Shown here piece by piece: positions 12,641-22,582 of a stretch of DNA of 64,000 nt (its first letter is position 1; every line of letters starts with the position of its first letter). This DNA is from Epithemia pelagica (taxonomy: Eukaryota > Protista > Bacillariophyta), in assembly GCA_946965045.2 (NCBI GenBank), contig OX337229.1, positions 4,464,001 through 4,528,000 of the forward strand, read 5' to 3'. The position numbers and the translations under genes are program-made. The notes under the pieces are model-generated. The model saw only the letters and a list, made by a program, of their open reading frames with translations. It made no database searches and was not told the DNA's origin.

Positions 12641-13037
12641 GGTCTTCGCTTGCAAACTGGATAATCCCCAGATTGATAGGTGAGGAGTGAGGCCCGCTTG
12701 CATGCGTACTCCGGTAATCCGTGACCCAAAAAACTACCTATACCCAGATTCAAAAGGCTAGAGGCTAGAGGTAGTTTTAGTTCTTCCATCACCCTTTACG
12801 GTCTAAGATGAACTACAGAATGGAATCAGACTCGTCTGTTTTCAATCTCTTGTCATCTCTTCTACTTTTACTAAAGGTATGAGCCACAGGTAACGATAGC
12901 GAGGGTGACGGGATCGACTGAGATTTCCCAATGATCTACTGGTGCTGTGTTTGGACTGTATCGGTTGTCGTTTGTATATTCACACAGTGACTAGGCCCAC
13001 AGATTCTTGTTTTCTCGTTGGTGGTACTCTGCGTTTG

Positions 13038-15347
13038 TCATTCTCCACCAAGTTGGGCAACAATGTGAGTGGCTTGATCCACCAGACCTTGCAACCTACC
13101 TTGTTCTTCTTGCAGGCGTTGATTTTCTCGGCGAAGATTCGCAGAGTCGTCTTGGAGGGTCTGCATCTGAACACGTTGACGTTCTCGCTTACGCCGAGAA
13201 TATATTAAATCGGCCATTCTTCGTTTCGCGACTCGTATGTCTTCCTTCTCCTTTTCCGTCCCTTCAGTTGTTGCCGCTTTACTGGCTACTGTTGTTTCTG
13301 CCACGGTTATTGCTGCTGGGTTCTTTGTATCTGTTGGTCCATCCTGGTCTTTCGATTCAGGAGTTTGCTGGACAGGAACACTATTGGTTACCTGGATTGG
13401 TGTCGTCAAGTTACCATCTTCGACCTTTTTTAGTAGAAGGTGTTTGTATGTTTGGAACTCTCTCTCCCGACGCCGTTGGCACCATTCAAACCAATCTTCT
13501 ACTCTCCATTCTCCACCAAATGATAACGGTACGGCCTTTTTGGTCATGCCAATGGCCAGCAACTTGTTTAGAATTTGATCCGCTTCAGTCTCAATGTGAG
13601 TGTACACACGTGTCTGGAATATTTTACCCATGGTTTGGACCAAGGAATGGACCAGCTCGGCTCCATCCGACTGTTTCCTTTTCTGAGGGACGCACAATAA
13701 GTGAAAGACGTGCCGAATGGGCATGACGGACGCGGCAATCCCAGTGATGCGACGCATACAATCCCAATCCACATTTTGATTCCGCGGTGTGACCTTGACG
13801 GAACAAAAGATGGCACCATAAAGCTGCGAATGGTAGTCTTGCGCCAAAAGTTTCGCCACATAAAAATAGGCTCGCAGTTTGTGCTCGGTGGTGGAAGTGG
13901 GAATCCACTTTCGACGATCCACCAAGATGCATTTTTGTCCCGTCGTGGCGTCTGGCAACAAGGCGGGGAACCCCGCCTCCAGTGTCTTCACGTCTTGAGG
14001 GTTCAAGGCGCCATTCCCCGTCAAAGTGAGGGGAAGAAAGGCTTTATCCGGTCCAAACACACTTTTTGGTTGCGTCCAGTATAAACATAATCGCTTGGCC
14101 GCCGCTTTGAGATCATAATTGCAGTATCGGACAAATTGAAGCGGGTCTGTTTCTGTCATTACCACGTCGGAATTTGTGGCCAATGCTTCTTTCAAAGCTT
14201 CATTTTCTTCTTCACAGGACAACGGCGATGATTGCACAATCTCCATGACCATGGAACGCACAAGATCAGGAAATTGTGAACATATATCATTGGGAGGTTC
14301 GGATGAAGAGGACAAGGAGAATGAGGGAGGGGTGGCAAACGCACCTATCGTACCCGATTTGGGAACTCGATTGGGTATCGTAGAAAATGAGACCCTTTGT
14401 GTGTTGCCATGTCTTTCAGAGGAGTAGGACATCTTTGGATCCAGATTCTCTGCCCTGGACGAAATGTTAGGGCGATGTGGGTGGCTTCCACCTACGGATA
14501 GTGGTCGGAGTTGTTCTTCTTGAGGTCGTTGTGGTTGCTGTGCAGAAGGATGAGCAGCGACATTTTGTTGGGATACTTCTTGCTCTTTGCCTTGTTGGAC
14601 TTCTATTGTTTGCCGTGTTCGACACCACAATTCAAATTCATCTTGATCCTTCCATTCTCCTCCCATGGACATCGGAAAGGTAGCTTCTGTCAAGTGAAGG
14701 GTCATGACAAAGTCTCGGACCAGCTTGCGAGAAGTTGCGTTTAGTACATGACATTCCACAAGAGGCATCTTAATATCTCTTTGATCCTGCTGATTGCTGT
14801 TGCTGCTGCTAGAGTTGATCCGAGTCTCGGCATCCGTGGAGGCAAACAATTCACGAAACATAGTTTCTCCTGCCGCCAAGACACCGGCCGCCAAATCCAC
14901 TTGTTCGGCGCGAGGAAAATTGATCAAGTGAACCTGTACTTTGACTGGCAAGGCTGTGTGGACTAACCCAAAGATTTGTTGCAACATATTCCAGTCCACG
15001 TCGGTATTGGATGGAGTGACCAGCACAATGAGACAGAGAATGTCATTCATGGAAGCTGCATTCTTGGCCAAGACGTGAAACAACTAAAACAACAACTTGA
15101 GCTGTCGTTGCAGCAGTAGAGGCACGGTGTCATTGTCAGTGGGGTTCTTCTCGGCGTGGGAGAGTTCCAGCCACCGTCGTCGATCGATCAAGATACATTG
15201 TTGTCCAATCTGAGAATCGGGCAAGACAAGAATGGTATTTTGGTTGGTGGGCAATGCGTTGACTTCATCCATGGTGAGTGCACCCGTTCCCGTCAAGCAT
15301 TATGGTAAAAAGGCACGTTCGGGGCCAAACAGCCGGAGACGTTCTGT
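13038..15347 (-). pseudogene. Disrupted tandem CRAL-TRIO-like domain gene with a C-terminal bZIP; intact downstream ORF from ATG 15050
   Basis: Two similar domains (ERLRLFGPERAFLP*CLTGTGAL versus QPKSVFGPDKAFLPLTLTGNGAL). The first carries in-frame stops: TAA at 15302-15300 and TAG at 15086-15084. The basic region plus zipper reads KRRMADLIYSRRKRERQRVQMQTLQDDSANLRRENQRLQEEQGRL. Similarity ends near 15347. Confidence 0.7.
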
Positions 15348-15532
15348 CTTTTGGAAGTGGGCATATGGCGTGAGTTGATGATATTTTTATTGTCCAGTTG
15401 TTTTGTTTACTTTATATTTCTATTTCTGTGTGGTGGTGGTGCTAAGCGGCCGAGCCGCATAGCAGGTGGGGTTCTGCCACTTGTGGGAAAAAGGTGGCTA
15501 ATGAGTATGGTGTGTATATAGTGGTGGTTGTG

Positions 15533-15770
15533 TGTCGCAACAGACGATGTTGCTGTTGCTCAAAGTCGTACGCAGCGGAGAGTTGATGCTCCACTATGGT
15601 CAACTTGGTTCGATGATGCGGCTAACGACGAAAAGGAAGATCAAAAACAACAGATTTGGAAATTATGGTGACAGTGGGAATTTGAATCTATCTACTTTCC
15701 CATGCCGACACGCGCGCTACAAGACTGCCCGTCAACCCCACTGATGGACAGTACGCCCCACTTTGTGACA
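15533..15770 (-). repeat. 3' LTR of the copia element
   Basis: Direct repeat of 21709-21946 that appears identical by eye, with TGTC...GACA termini. Confidence 0.97.
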
Positions 15771-15779
15771 CTCCCTCTC
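15771..15779 (-). other. Polypurine tract (GAGAGGGAG) abutting the 3' LTR
   Basis: Purine run immediately 5' of the 3' LTR on the minus strand. Confidence 0.85.
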
Positions 15780-15816
15780 AGACGTAGTAGCCGCGTAAGC
15801 TTATAGTTTTGCATGA

Positions 15817-18800
15817 TTACCATCCAGCCAACATCTTTCTCGCTCGTTGAAATAGAGTCTTATCCAGTCCTTTTGTCAAACAATCCGCCACTTGTTCGTC
15901 CGATGCGACTTTGACCAAGCGGATGTTGCCATTGTACACATGCTCTTTGAAGAAATGGTACTTGACTGCGATATGTTTGGAGCGAGGAGTCATTCGTGGT
16001 GATGTGGCCAACAAGATGGTTCCGTTGTTGTCCTCAAATACTTTTGAGTATGCTCTGCAAGGGAGCTCATCAATGTTGAACATGGTTTTGATTTCATCCA
16101 CTAAACCCCGTAGTGGAATGAGATCTCTCATGGCAAGACTGAGGGCAATGTACTCGGCCTCCATGGTTGATACGGCAATTTCTGTTTGTAATTTTGATAC
16201 CCAATGGACTGGACAATCACCAACCATTAAAACATAGCCGGTCCTTGACTTCACGCAAAGCGGATCCTGTGGATCCTCACTGTTCCACTGCCCCGCAAAA
16301 TCAGCATCCACGTAGCAATCAACGGCCAAGCATTCCTTCGATGGAGTGAGGATCATCCCTTGATCTCTCGTTCCTTTCAGGTAGCGGCAGATGCGTTTGA
16401 CGGCTTTGGCATGCGATGCCTTGGGGTTGTGTGTAAATCTTGCACACTGGTGCACTGCGTATGCGATTTCTGGGCGTGAGTTGGACGCCAAATACAATAG
16501 CATTCCTACCACTGACGCGTAGCTCCACTGTTCTGCGTAGTCCTCTCCGTCTTGGTCTTTACCGAGCGGCTTTTGACTCGCTGGAGTCTTGTCTGGGTTA
16601 CAATCTTGTAGCCCTGTTGCGTTCAACACTTTGTCAATGAGGCCATACTGTTTGAGTTTGATTTGGCCGTTGCTGAGACGTTCGAAATCGATGCCGAGGT
16701 ACGCTGATACGTCTCCCTCAACCGTCGTCTCCAAATCATCTGCGAGCGACTCCAACACCTTCATGATGCGTGCTTTGTCCGGTCCGGCCCAAATTACATC
16801 GTCGATGTATACAAGGCATAGGATCCGTTTGTTTGGGTCGTAAAATAGGCACGGATCAAACGGACTCTGTTTAAATCCACGTTGTTCCAGATGACCCTTT
16901 AGGTGGTCATACCACGAGAGAGGCGCTTGCTTCAAGCCATAAAGGCTTTTCTTCAAATGCAACACATATTCTTCACCGTCTTTGGTGTCCGGTGCAAAGT
17001 CCTTCGGCAGCTCCATGTAGACATCCTCTGTGAGGAATGCTTGAGCGAAGGCATTGGTGTAGTCCGTTTGGACTGTCTCCCAACTAAAGACAAGGACCAT
17101 CAACAATACCAGCCGAATCGTTATCCATTGGACAACAGGTGCATAAGTCTCGAAGTAGTCCAAGCCGTAGGTTTGCTTGTCACCTCTAACACACAGCCGT
17201 GCTTTTAGTTTTCGCACTGAACCGTCTGGATAGCGCTTTCTCCGAAATGCCCAAGTGGAAGGTAAGGCTTTGCCGCCACGCTTTTCCATCTCGGATCGGA
17301 GTGTCATGACCCAGGTTCCTTTGTCTTCCAGCTCTTTCACTTCATTTCCCATGGCAGCTACATAGCCCTCACGGTCATTACCAGTCATTGCCTCGTAGTA
17401 GGACGGCAGATCTGGATTGTTCTTTTTGGTTGAAGCTTGGAACACGATTGGATCGCGAAATCCAAAGGTGTCGGAGTCGGTATCCGAGTCAAGGTACGCC
17501 TGATAGGCTGTGCCCGTCATTGCGTTGGTCACGAAAGCTGCGAAACTCGCCAAGGCTCGATAGCCTGCACCTTGTGTGCCATCATATCCCCAACGGAGTG
17601 GCGCCTTGCGCGTTCTGCTGGAGCGACGGAGAGATGGTGACGGTTCCTCAGGTTCTGGTTGTGGCTGTTGTTGTTGTTGTTGTGAAGGAGGAGGTTCTTC
17701 AGCGTCAGGCTGAGGCTCTTCTTCGACAGGTGGCAAGGGCTGTTCCTCTTGCTGTTCGGGTTGATTCGGTTCGGACGGTTGGTTTGGTGCAGGTACATCC
17801 TGCTCCCTCTTTTGTTGCATCCCGTCGTTGATGGGATTGGTTGGTTCTTCAAACTGAACTCGTTGTTGTGTTCTCCAAATTTGAGATGAGCGGTCAACAT
17901 TGTCATTTTGATGCTCCACCCATTCATCCGCTAAAGCAACCGGGTCGTCTTCATCGAATGCATAGTGGTAGCGGGAGTCACCAAACAATTGAGTCCATTC
18001 AGCTTCATCGAATGGGCGGTCCAATGCAGTTCCGATCACGCTTGAGAACCAATCGTCGAAGACGACGTGGAACTGCGGTGAAATGTGTCCCGTTTTTGTA
18101 TTGAGGACTAGTGGCACCCTGGACGAATGTCGTTTGGAAAAACCAAGGAAGATTCCACGACGTGACCTTGGCTTCCATTTTGGGAGCTTGTGTCCGTCCT
18201 GGAGTGTCGGATCCAAGACATAACAGGGGCATCCCCACACGTGCATATCCGCAAAAACTTGGCGACCGGCCTTGGACTTCACAATCAACTCCATTGGTGA
18301 CATCATGCCAGCGCTGGTACGAGGCATGTGATTGTGTTGAAACACCACATAGTCAACCGCCATTGGCCACAGACTGATATCTGCTGCATCAGGCCACCAA
18401 ATCGCAGCGTGGATAAGAATCGTGCGTGCTTTCGACAAGATGGTTCCAATAGCACGCTCGGCTATTCCGTTTTGATGGTGAGCTCCGACTCCACTGAACT
18501 TGATGTTTTGGAGACCGGATTTGATTTCGTTCACAAAAGCGTTGGAAGCGAAGATGCCGTTGTCGGATTGATAGGCTTGGACGGTGATTCCAAGATCAAA
18601 CATTCGCTTTTCGTATCGTTGTTTGGCGGCAATCGTCTCAGTGGCCGTGAAATTGACCAAATGCTCGATGTGGATGTCACCAGTAGCGTGATCCACGAAG
18701 ATACAGCCTCCAGAGTACATGCTGTCTGGATGGGACTGGCCGCGAGACAAATAGAGGCGGCCCTTTTGCTTGACGACAAAATGATCCATGGAAACGCGTT

Positions 18801-20112
18801 GACCGGGAAACAACTGGTCTTTCTTCAAGCCATACTCCCTCTCGCGGACAATCGTTTTCGTTGAGGTATCAGTCGGACGCCGTTTTGCTTTGCCAAATTG
18901 GCAGCTAGAACATTTTGGCAATTCACATTTGGATGCAGCCTTGATGAGAGGGGACGAACCAAGGGCTCCAGATTGCATAAGACGTTGGATAGCAGCCAAA
19001 CCATGATGACACAAACGAAAGTGCCATTTCATGAGCTCCTTTTGTGGCGTTGTCAGGTTTGGATTTTGGGTGTGGGTGACACATGCTTGATTCACTGACG
19101 GAGAAGGTTGAACATTCGCCATAGTGCACGTAGGAAGGTTGTTTTCTGGATGGTATGAAATGCTTGCAACTTTGCCGTCTGCGGTTTCGAACCGGAGAGT
19201 CGAACCACGGATCACGAAACTTTCAAGCATGTTCTCGTCGGACGTGGCTTCTTTGTGTTGCAAGTAGCTTTGCGGAGAAAATAATCGGCAACGAGCGGTG
19301 GAGACATGGTAAGCCGGTGCTTCCATTTCGGTGTAGCTCCCGTCGTCAAGTTGCATTCTCCAGCGGACGATTCCGGTTCCATCTATTGGTAGGCCCTTTG
19401 CCAATCCTTGCAGCACTGAACCAGTTTGGGCAGAGTATTCAACAAAATCGTCTCGAAATGGGGTGATGGTGATCGTTGCACCAGAATCGATCGTGACCGA
19501 AAAAGTTGAGGCGGAGGATTCCGAAAGAAAGTTCCAAGCCAACGTTGCTCCCTCTGTTGACGGCTCGGCGGTGTTTGCCTGTGCTTGATGAGGGACGGCC
19601 GTGTGAAACAGAAGGGAGAAAGACAATTCCTCAAACGGGTCAGGGTCAGGAGGTTTTGGAAACAGAGAAGGGGGAGGATCGTCGTCTGCTGGGCTTGCGT
19701 CGTCAAGGTCACGACGCTTGCGTCTCCGTCGTCTACGCCATCGTGGTGGAAGGTAGAAGGTTCGTCGATGATACTTGAAAGCAAGGGTGATTTTGCTATT
19801 GGGTTGCCCAAACAAGCGTCGATGGTAGACGCGACTTGCAAAGGCAAGCGATGGAAACTTGGTGCGCGGTGCATCAATTCCCAAAACGAAGGAATGTGTG
19901 CTCATCATCACACCCGAATAGCAACAGAACAGACCAGGCAATACCAAGATCGGCGAGAAGCGAAAGCAGCGACGAGTTTTGCGAGTGGTTGAACGGCGAG
20001 GTTTTTGTTGTGGCAAGACAGTGCGCCAAAGAGAGAGGAACAAGCGAATAAAAGCGAAGAGAATGGGCAACGGATTCATCATCACCAAATAAGAATACAT
20101 AGCGATGAGCAT
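15817..20112 (-). CDS. pol: Copia Pol polyprotein (protease, integrase, reverse transcriptase, RNase H), 1431 aa, uninterrupted
   Basis: PR: IDSGAT. IN: WHFRLCH...CSSC, SMDHF, QSDNG, GIAER. RT: KARLCVRG, YIDD. RH: YVDADFAG, EAEYIAL, FEDN, ADCLTK. Confidence 0.97.
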   Translation of the reverse strand: MLIAMYSYLVMMNPLPILFAFIRLFLSLWRTVLPQQKPRRSTTRKTRRCFRFSPILVLPGLFCCYSGVMMSTHSFVLGIDAPRTKFPSLAFASRVYHRRLFGQPNSKITLAFKYHRRTFYLPPRWRRRRRRKRRDLDDASPADDDPPPSLFPKPPDPDPFEELSFSLLFHTAVPHQAQANTAEPSTEGATLAWNFLSESSASTFSVTIDSGATITITPFRDDFVEYSAQTGSVLQGLAKGLPIDGTGIVRWRMQLDDGSYTEMEAPAYHVSTARCRLFSPQSYLQHKEATSDENMLESFVIRGSTLRFETADGKVASISYHPENNLPTCTMANVQPSPSVNQACVTHTQNPNLTTPQKELMKWHFRLCHHGLAAIQRLMQSGALGSSPLIKAASKCELPKCSSCQFGKAKRRPTDTSTKTIVREREYGLKKDQLFPGQRVSMDHFVVKQKGRLYLSRGQSHPDSMYSGGCIFVDHATGDIHIEHLVNFTATETIAAKQRYEKRMFDLGITVQAYQSDNGIFASNAFVNEIKSGLQNIKFSGVGAHHQNGIAERAIGTILSKARTILIHAAIWWPDAADISLWPMAVDYVVFQHNHMPRTSAGMMSPMELIVKSKAGRQVFADMHVWGCPCYVLDPTLQDGHKLPKWKPRSRRGIFLGFSKRHSSRVPLVLNTKTGHISPQFHVVFDDWFSSVIGTALDRPFDEAEWTQLFGDSRYHYAFDEDDPVALADEWVEHQNDNVDRSSQIWRTQQRVQFEEPTNPINDGMQQKREQDVPAPNQPSEPNQPEQQEEQPLPPVEEEPQPDAEEPPPSQQQQQQPQPEPEEPSPSLRRSSRTRKAPLRWGYDGTQGAGYRALASFAAFVTNAMTGTAYQAYLDSDTDSDTFGFRDPIVFQASTKKNNPDLPSYYEAMTGNDREGYVAAMGNEVKELEDKGTWVMTLRSEMEKRGGKALPSTWAFRRKRYPDGSVRKLKARLCVRGDKQTYGLDYFETYAPVVQWITIRLVLLMVLVFSWETVQTDYTNAFAQAFLTEDVYMELPKDFAPDTKDGEEYVLHLKKSLYGLKQAPLSWYDHLKGHLEQRGFKQSPFDPCLFYDPNKRILCLVYIDDVIWAGPDKARIMKVLESLADDLETTVEGDVSAYLGIDFERLSNGQIKLKQYGLIDKVLNATGLQDCNPDKTPASQKPLGKDQDGEDYAEQWSYASVVGMLLYLASNSRPEIAYAVHQCARFTHNPKASHAKAVKRICRYLKGTRDQGMILTPSKECLAVDCYVDADFAGQWNSEDPQDPLCVKSRTGYVLMVGDCPVHWVSKLQTEIAVSTMEAEYIALSLAMRDLIPLRGLVDEIKTMFNIDELPCRAYSKVFEDNNGTILLATSPRMTPRSKHIAVKYHFFKEHVYNGNIRLVKVASDEQVADCLTKGLDKTLFQRARKMLAGW

Positions 20113-20124
20113 CCGCCCGATGAG

Positions 20125-21593
20125 TCATTCGTCGTCTTCGTCTAGAATAGTTGCAGCTCCACAATATTTTAGAGATGCAAGCGATGCGGCCGGTTTCGTA
20201 CCGCCAGTTTGATTCGCTTTCTTTGCATAATCGTTGTCATGCGTCGCCGTTCCGTGCGATAGTCGCCAGAATCCACAAATGGCACACCAGTGCCACGGCG
20301 TCCCATTCACATTTTTGGTTTCGGGCTCTCCATCACCCGGTGGTTTGGACTTCCAAGGAGCCTCTGGTGCTTTTGACTTGCCTTTGCCATCGTCGTTGTT
20401 GGCTTTCGGGCAATCCTTCTTCAAATGGTCCGGTGACCCACAGATGTAACACTTTCGTCCACCAGTTTGCTTTCCCTTTCCACTGTTGGTTCCGCCCTTT
20501 AAGGCAGCCGAGACACTCTTCTGCACGAGATTGTTAATCTCGGTTTTTGTGAACGACATCATCGCTTCTGGCGGATTGCCAGAGTCACTCTTTCCAGACG
20601 GTCCCCAACGCTTGGCCGTCAACAACAACTATACTCCGCATTCGCTTCCTCCACAAGTTGTTGGACCGAGATGTAATCAGGTTCAGCTGCTCGTCCTTCG
20701 ATGGTGGCTCTTGAGAGGCCATGGACTTTGGTGACCCATTGGTTGACTGCTGTGCTCCGCGCCATAAACTTCACACGAAATTGCTCTACTGACGATGTGC
20801 AGAGCTGTTCATTCAGGAGAAATGGAGCATCGCTTGGCACATTCTTTCCAAGCTCCACACAAGTTTGGAGAAACTTGGTGGTGAATACTTTCACATCTTC
20901 TCCAGCCGTCTGTCGAAGTTTGTGGGCCTCCAATTGTTGTTTCAACGCTTTGATTCGCTGGAAGGAGGCGGTTCGAACCTCGCGAACAACGTAAATCCAC
21001 AAGATTGGTCCAAATTTCATGTCGCGTGGTAGCAATGGACGAATGCTGGTCTTGACAGTTTCATCCAGCATTGACATGATGGCCTTATACGCAAGGTCCA
21101 TGTTGTTGGTAGAGTAATCGTCATACAGAGGAGTGGCAGCTCCCATCCCAGTCCTAAAGTGGTTCACCACAAAGGCCGGTGTGAATTCAGAGTCTTCTTG
21201 CAGGATGTCGACAAGTCTGGTGGGATCTTGTGGATCAGGAAGGTAGAATTCACTGTCCATCCCATGAAACTCCATATGGTCAGCGACCATCTCTGCAAAC
21301 TGCTCGATCGTGAGACTCTTTTCGTCTCTGGTGAACTTTCGAGCGTCGTTTTCACTGCTATCCACGATAGTGGTCTTCTGTTTCAGCGCCTTGTGCGCTT
21401 CCGTCGGGTCTTGCAACTGGTAGCAATACGGGCTCCGCGGAACGGTTCGCGTCGTTGTTGCGAACGTCACATCAGTTGGTCGGCCTCCAGTCCATGGATG
21501 GATCCCAGTTAATCCGCCAAGGTTGGGCCGAGGAGGTGGTGCCGGAGTACGTACACGAGGCGTCGGTGGTGTTGCTCCTCCTCCCGATGCCAT
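20125..21593 (-). CDS. gag: Copia Gag split by a one-base frameshift near 20628 (324-aa ORF plus 167-aa ORF with CCHC knuckle)
   Basis: ORF 21593-20619 overlaps ORF 20628-20125 in the -1 frame. The second ORF contains CYICGSPDHLKKDC and a W-C-x2-C...H...H motif. Confidence 0.85.
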
Positions 21594-21693
21594 GGTGTTC
21601 AGCGCCGTGTCTGTTTCGTTTCGTCGATGGTACGCGAAGTCTTCTTCTTCTCTAGCTCTCGTTCGGTAACAAAAGCAAGCTTACAACCCTTTA

Positions 21694-21708
21694 CTTGGGC
21701 TCATAACC
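21694..21708 (-). other. Primer binding site GGTTATGAGCCCAAG, complementary to the anticodon arm of initiator tRNA-Met
   Basis: Directly abuts the 5' LTR. Its complement CUUGGGCUCAUAACC contains the CAU anticodon loop. It matches the Ty5/Drosophila copia PBS type. Confidence 0.85.
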
Positions 21709-21946
21709 TGTCGCAACAGACGATGTTGCTGTTGCTCAAAGTCGTACGCAGCGGAGAGTTGATGCTCCACTATGGTCAACTTGGTTCGATGATGCGGCTA
21801 ACGACGAAAAGGAAGATCAAAAACAACAGATTTGGAAATTATGGTGACAGTGGGAATTTGAATCTATCTACTTTCCCATGCCGACACGCGCGCTACAAGA
21901 CTGCCCGTCAACCCCACTGATGGACAGTACGCCCCACTTTGTGACA
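21709..21946 (-). repeat. 5' LTR of the copia element
   Basis: Direct repeat of 15533-15770. Confidence 0.97.
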
Positions 21947-22582
21947 TTGTGGGGCGTAGCCGTGTTGTGCTAGCCTTAGTGCATTCTACGATTATTGCCA
22001 TTCATGTCTTTGGCGTATCCTTTCTCCGACACAACCATAAGGCGACGTGATCTTTCGGATAAACTGGTCAAAATTACTACTCCAGGCGGGTAATATAATG
22101 GTTCCGGGAACAGAGAAAGATCGACGGCTCAAACTCATCCTGCAGAAATACACTCCACCGCTGGGGAGATATCTACCTACCTACGAGAGGTAGGGTAGAC
22201 CCTCCAGTTTTGACGACACAGCGTAGTCGTGGGTCGGGGTAGGGTAGCGTCTAATAGAAAATAGAATCGAATGCGAGGCAAGATGATTCTTGAGAGTTGA
22301 GCAGGATGTGTGCACCATTTCGCTTTAGGGGCATTCATTCAGCACCTGGTGGGATGCTCATGAAACACTTGAACACAAAAACAGGAAATAATGGACCTGG
22401 TGTCATTCATGCCCCAATGATCCTCCTACTGAGAACCTACCTACCTAGTCCCACAAACGCCACTATATTCGGAGTCTACCGTGTCTGCGTCTCTGTCATA
22501 CCGAGATTTTACGTTGACAAAAGAACCCTTTCATCTTTTGGTCATGCCTATCCTATTATTCCTTTCTCCTGGGTATTTTTTC

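Larger units (their letters stand above)
15533..21946 (-). mobile_element. Full-length Ty1/copia LTR retrotransposon (CoDi-like), 6,414 bp
   Basis: Two 238-bp TG...CA LTRs; TSD TTGTG at 15528-15532 and 21947-21951; PBS and PPT present; gag then PR-IN-RT-RH in copia order. Confidence 0.98.

Noticed and set aside
13007-13726. 239-aa plus-strand ORF, and similar antisense ORFs (22481-23227, 32094-32969, 53693-54322)
   Set aside because: They fully overlap well-supported genes on the other strand and have no recognisable motifs.
15533-15770. 70-aa ORF duplicated at 15532-15744 and within 21627-21920
   Set aside because: It is simply the LTR sequence read on the plus strand.
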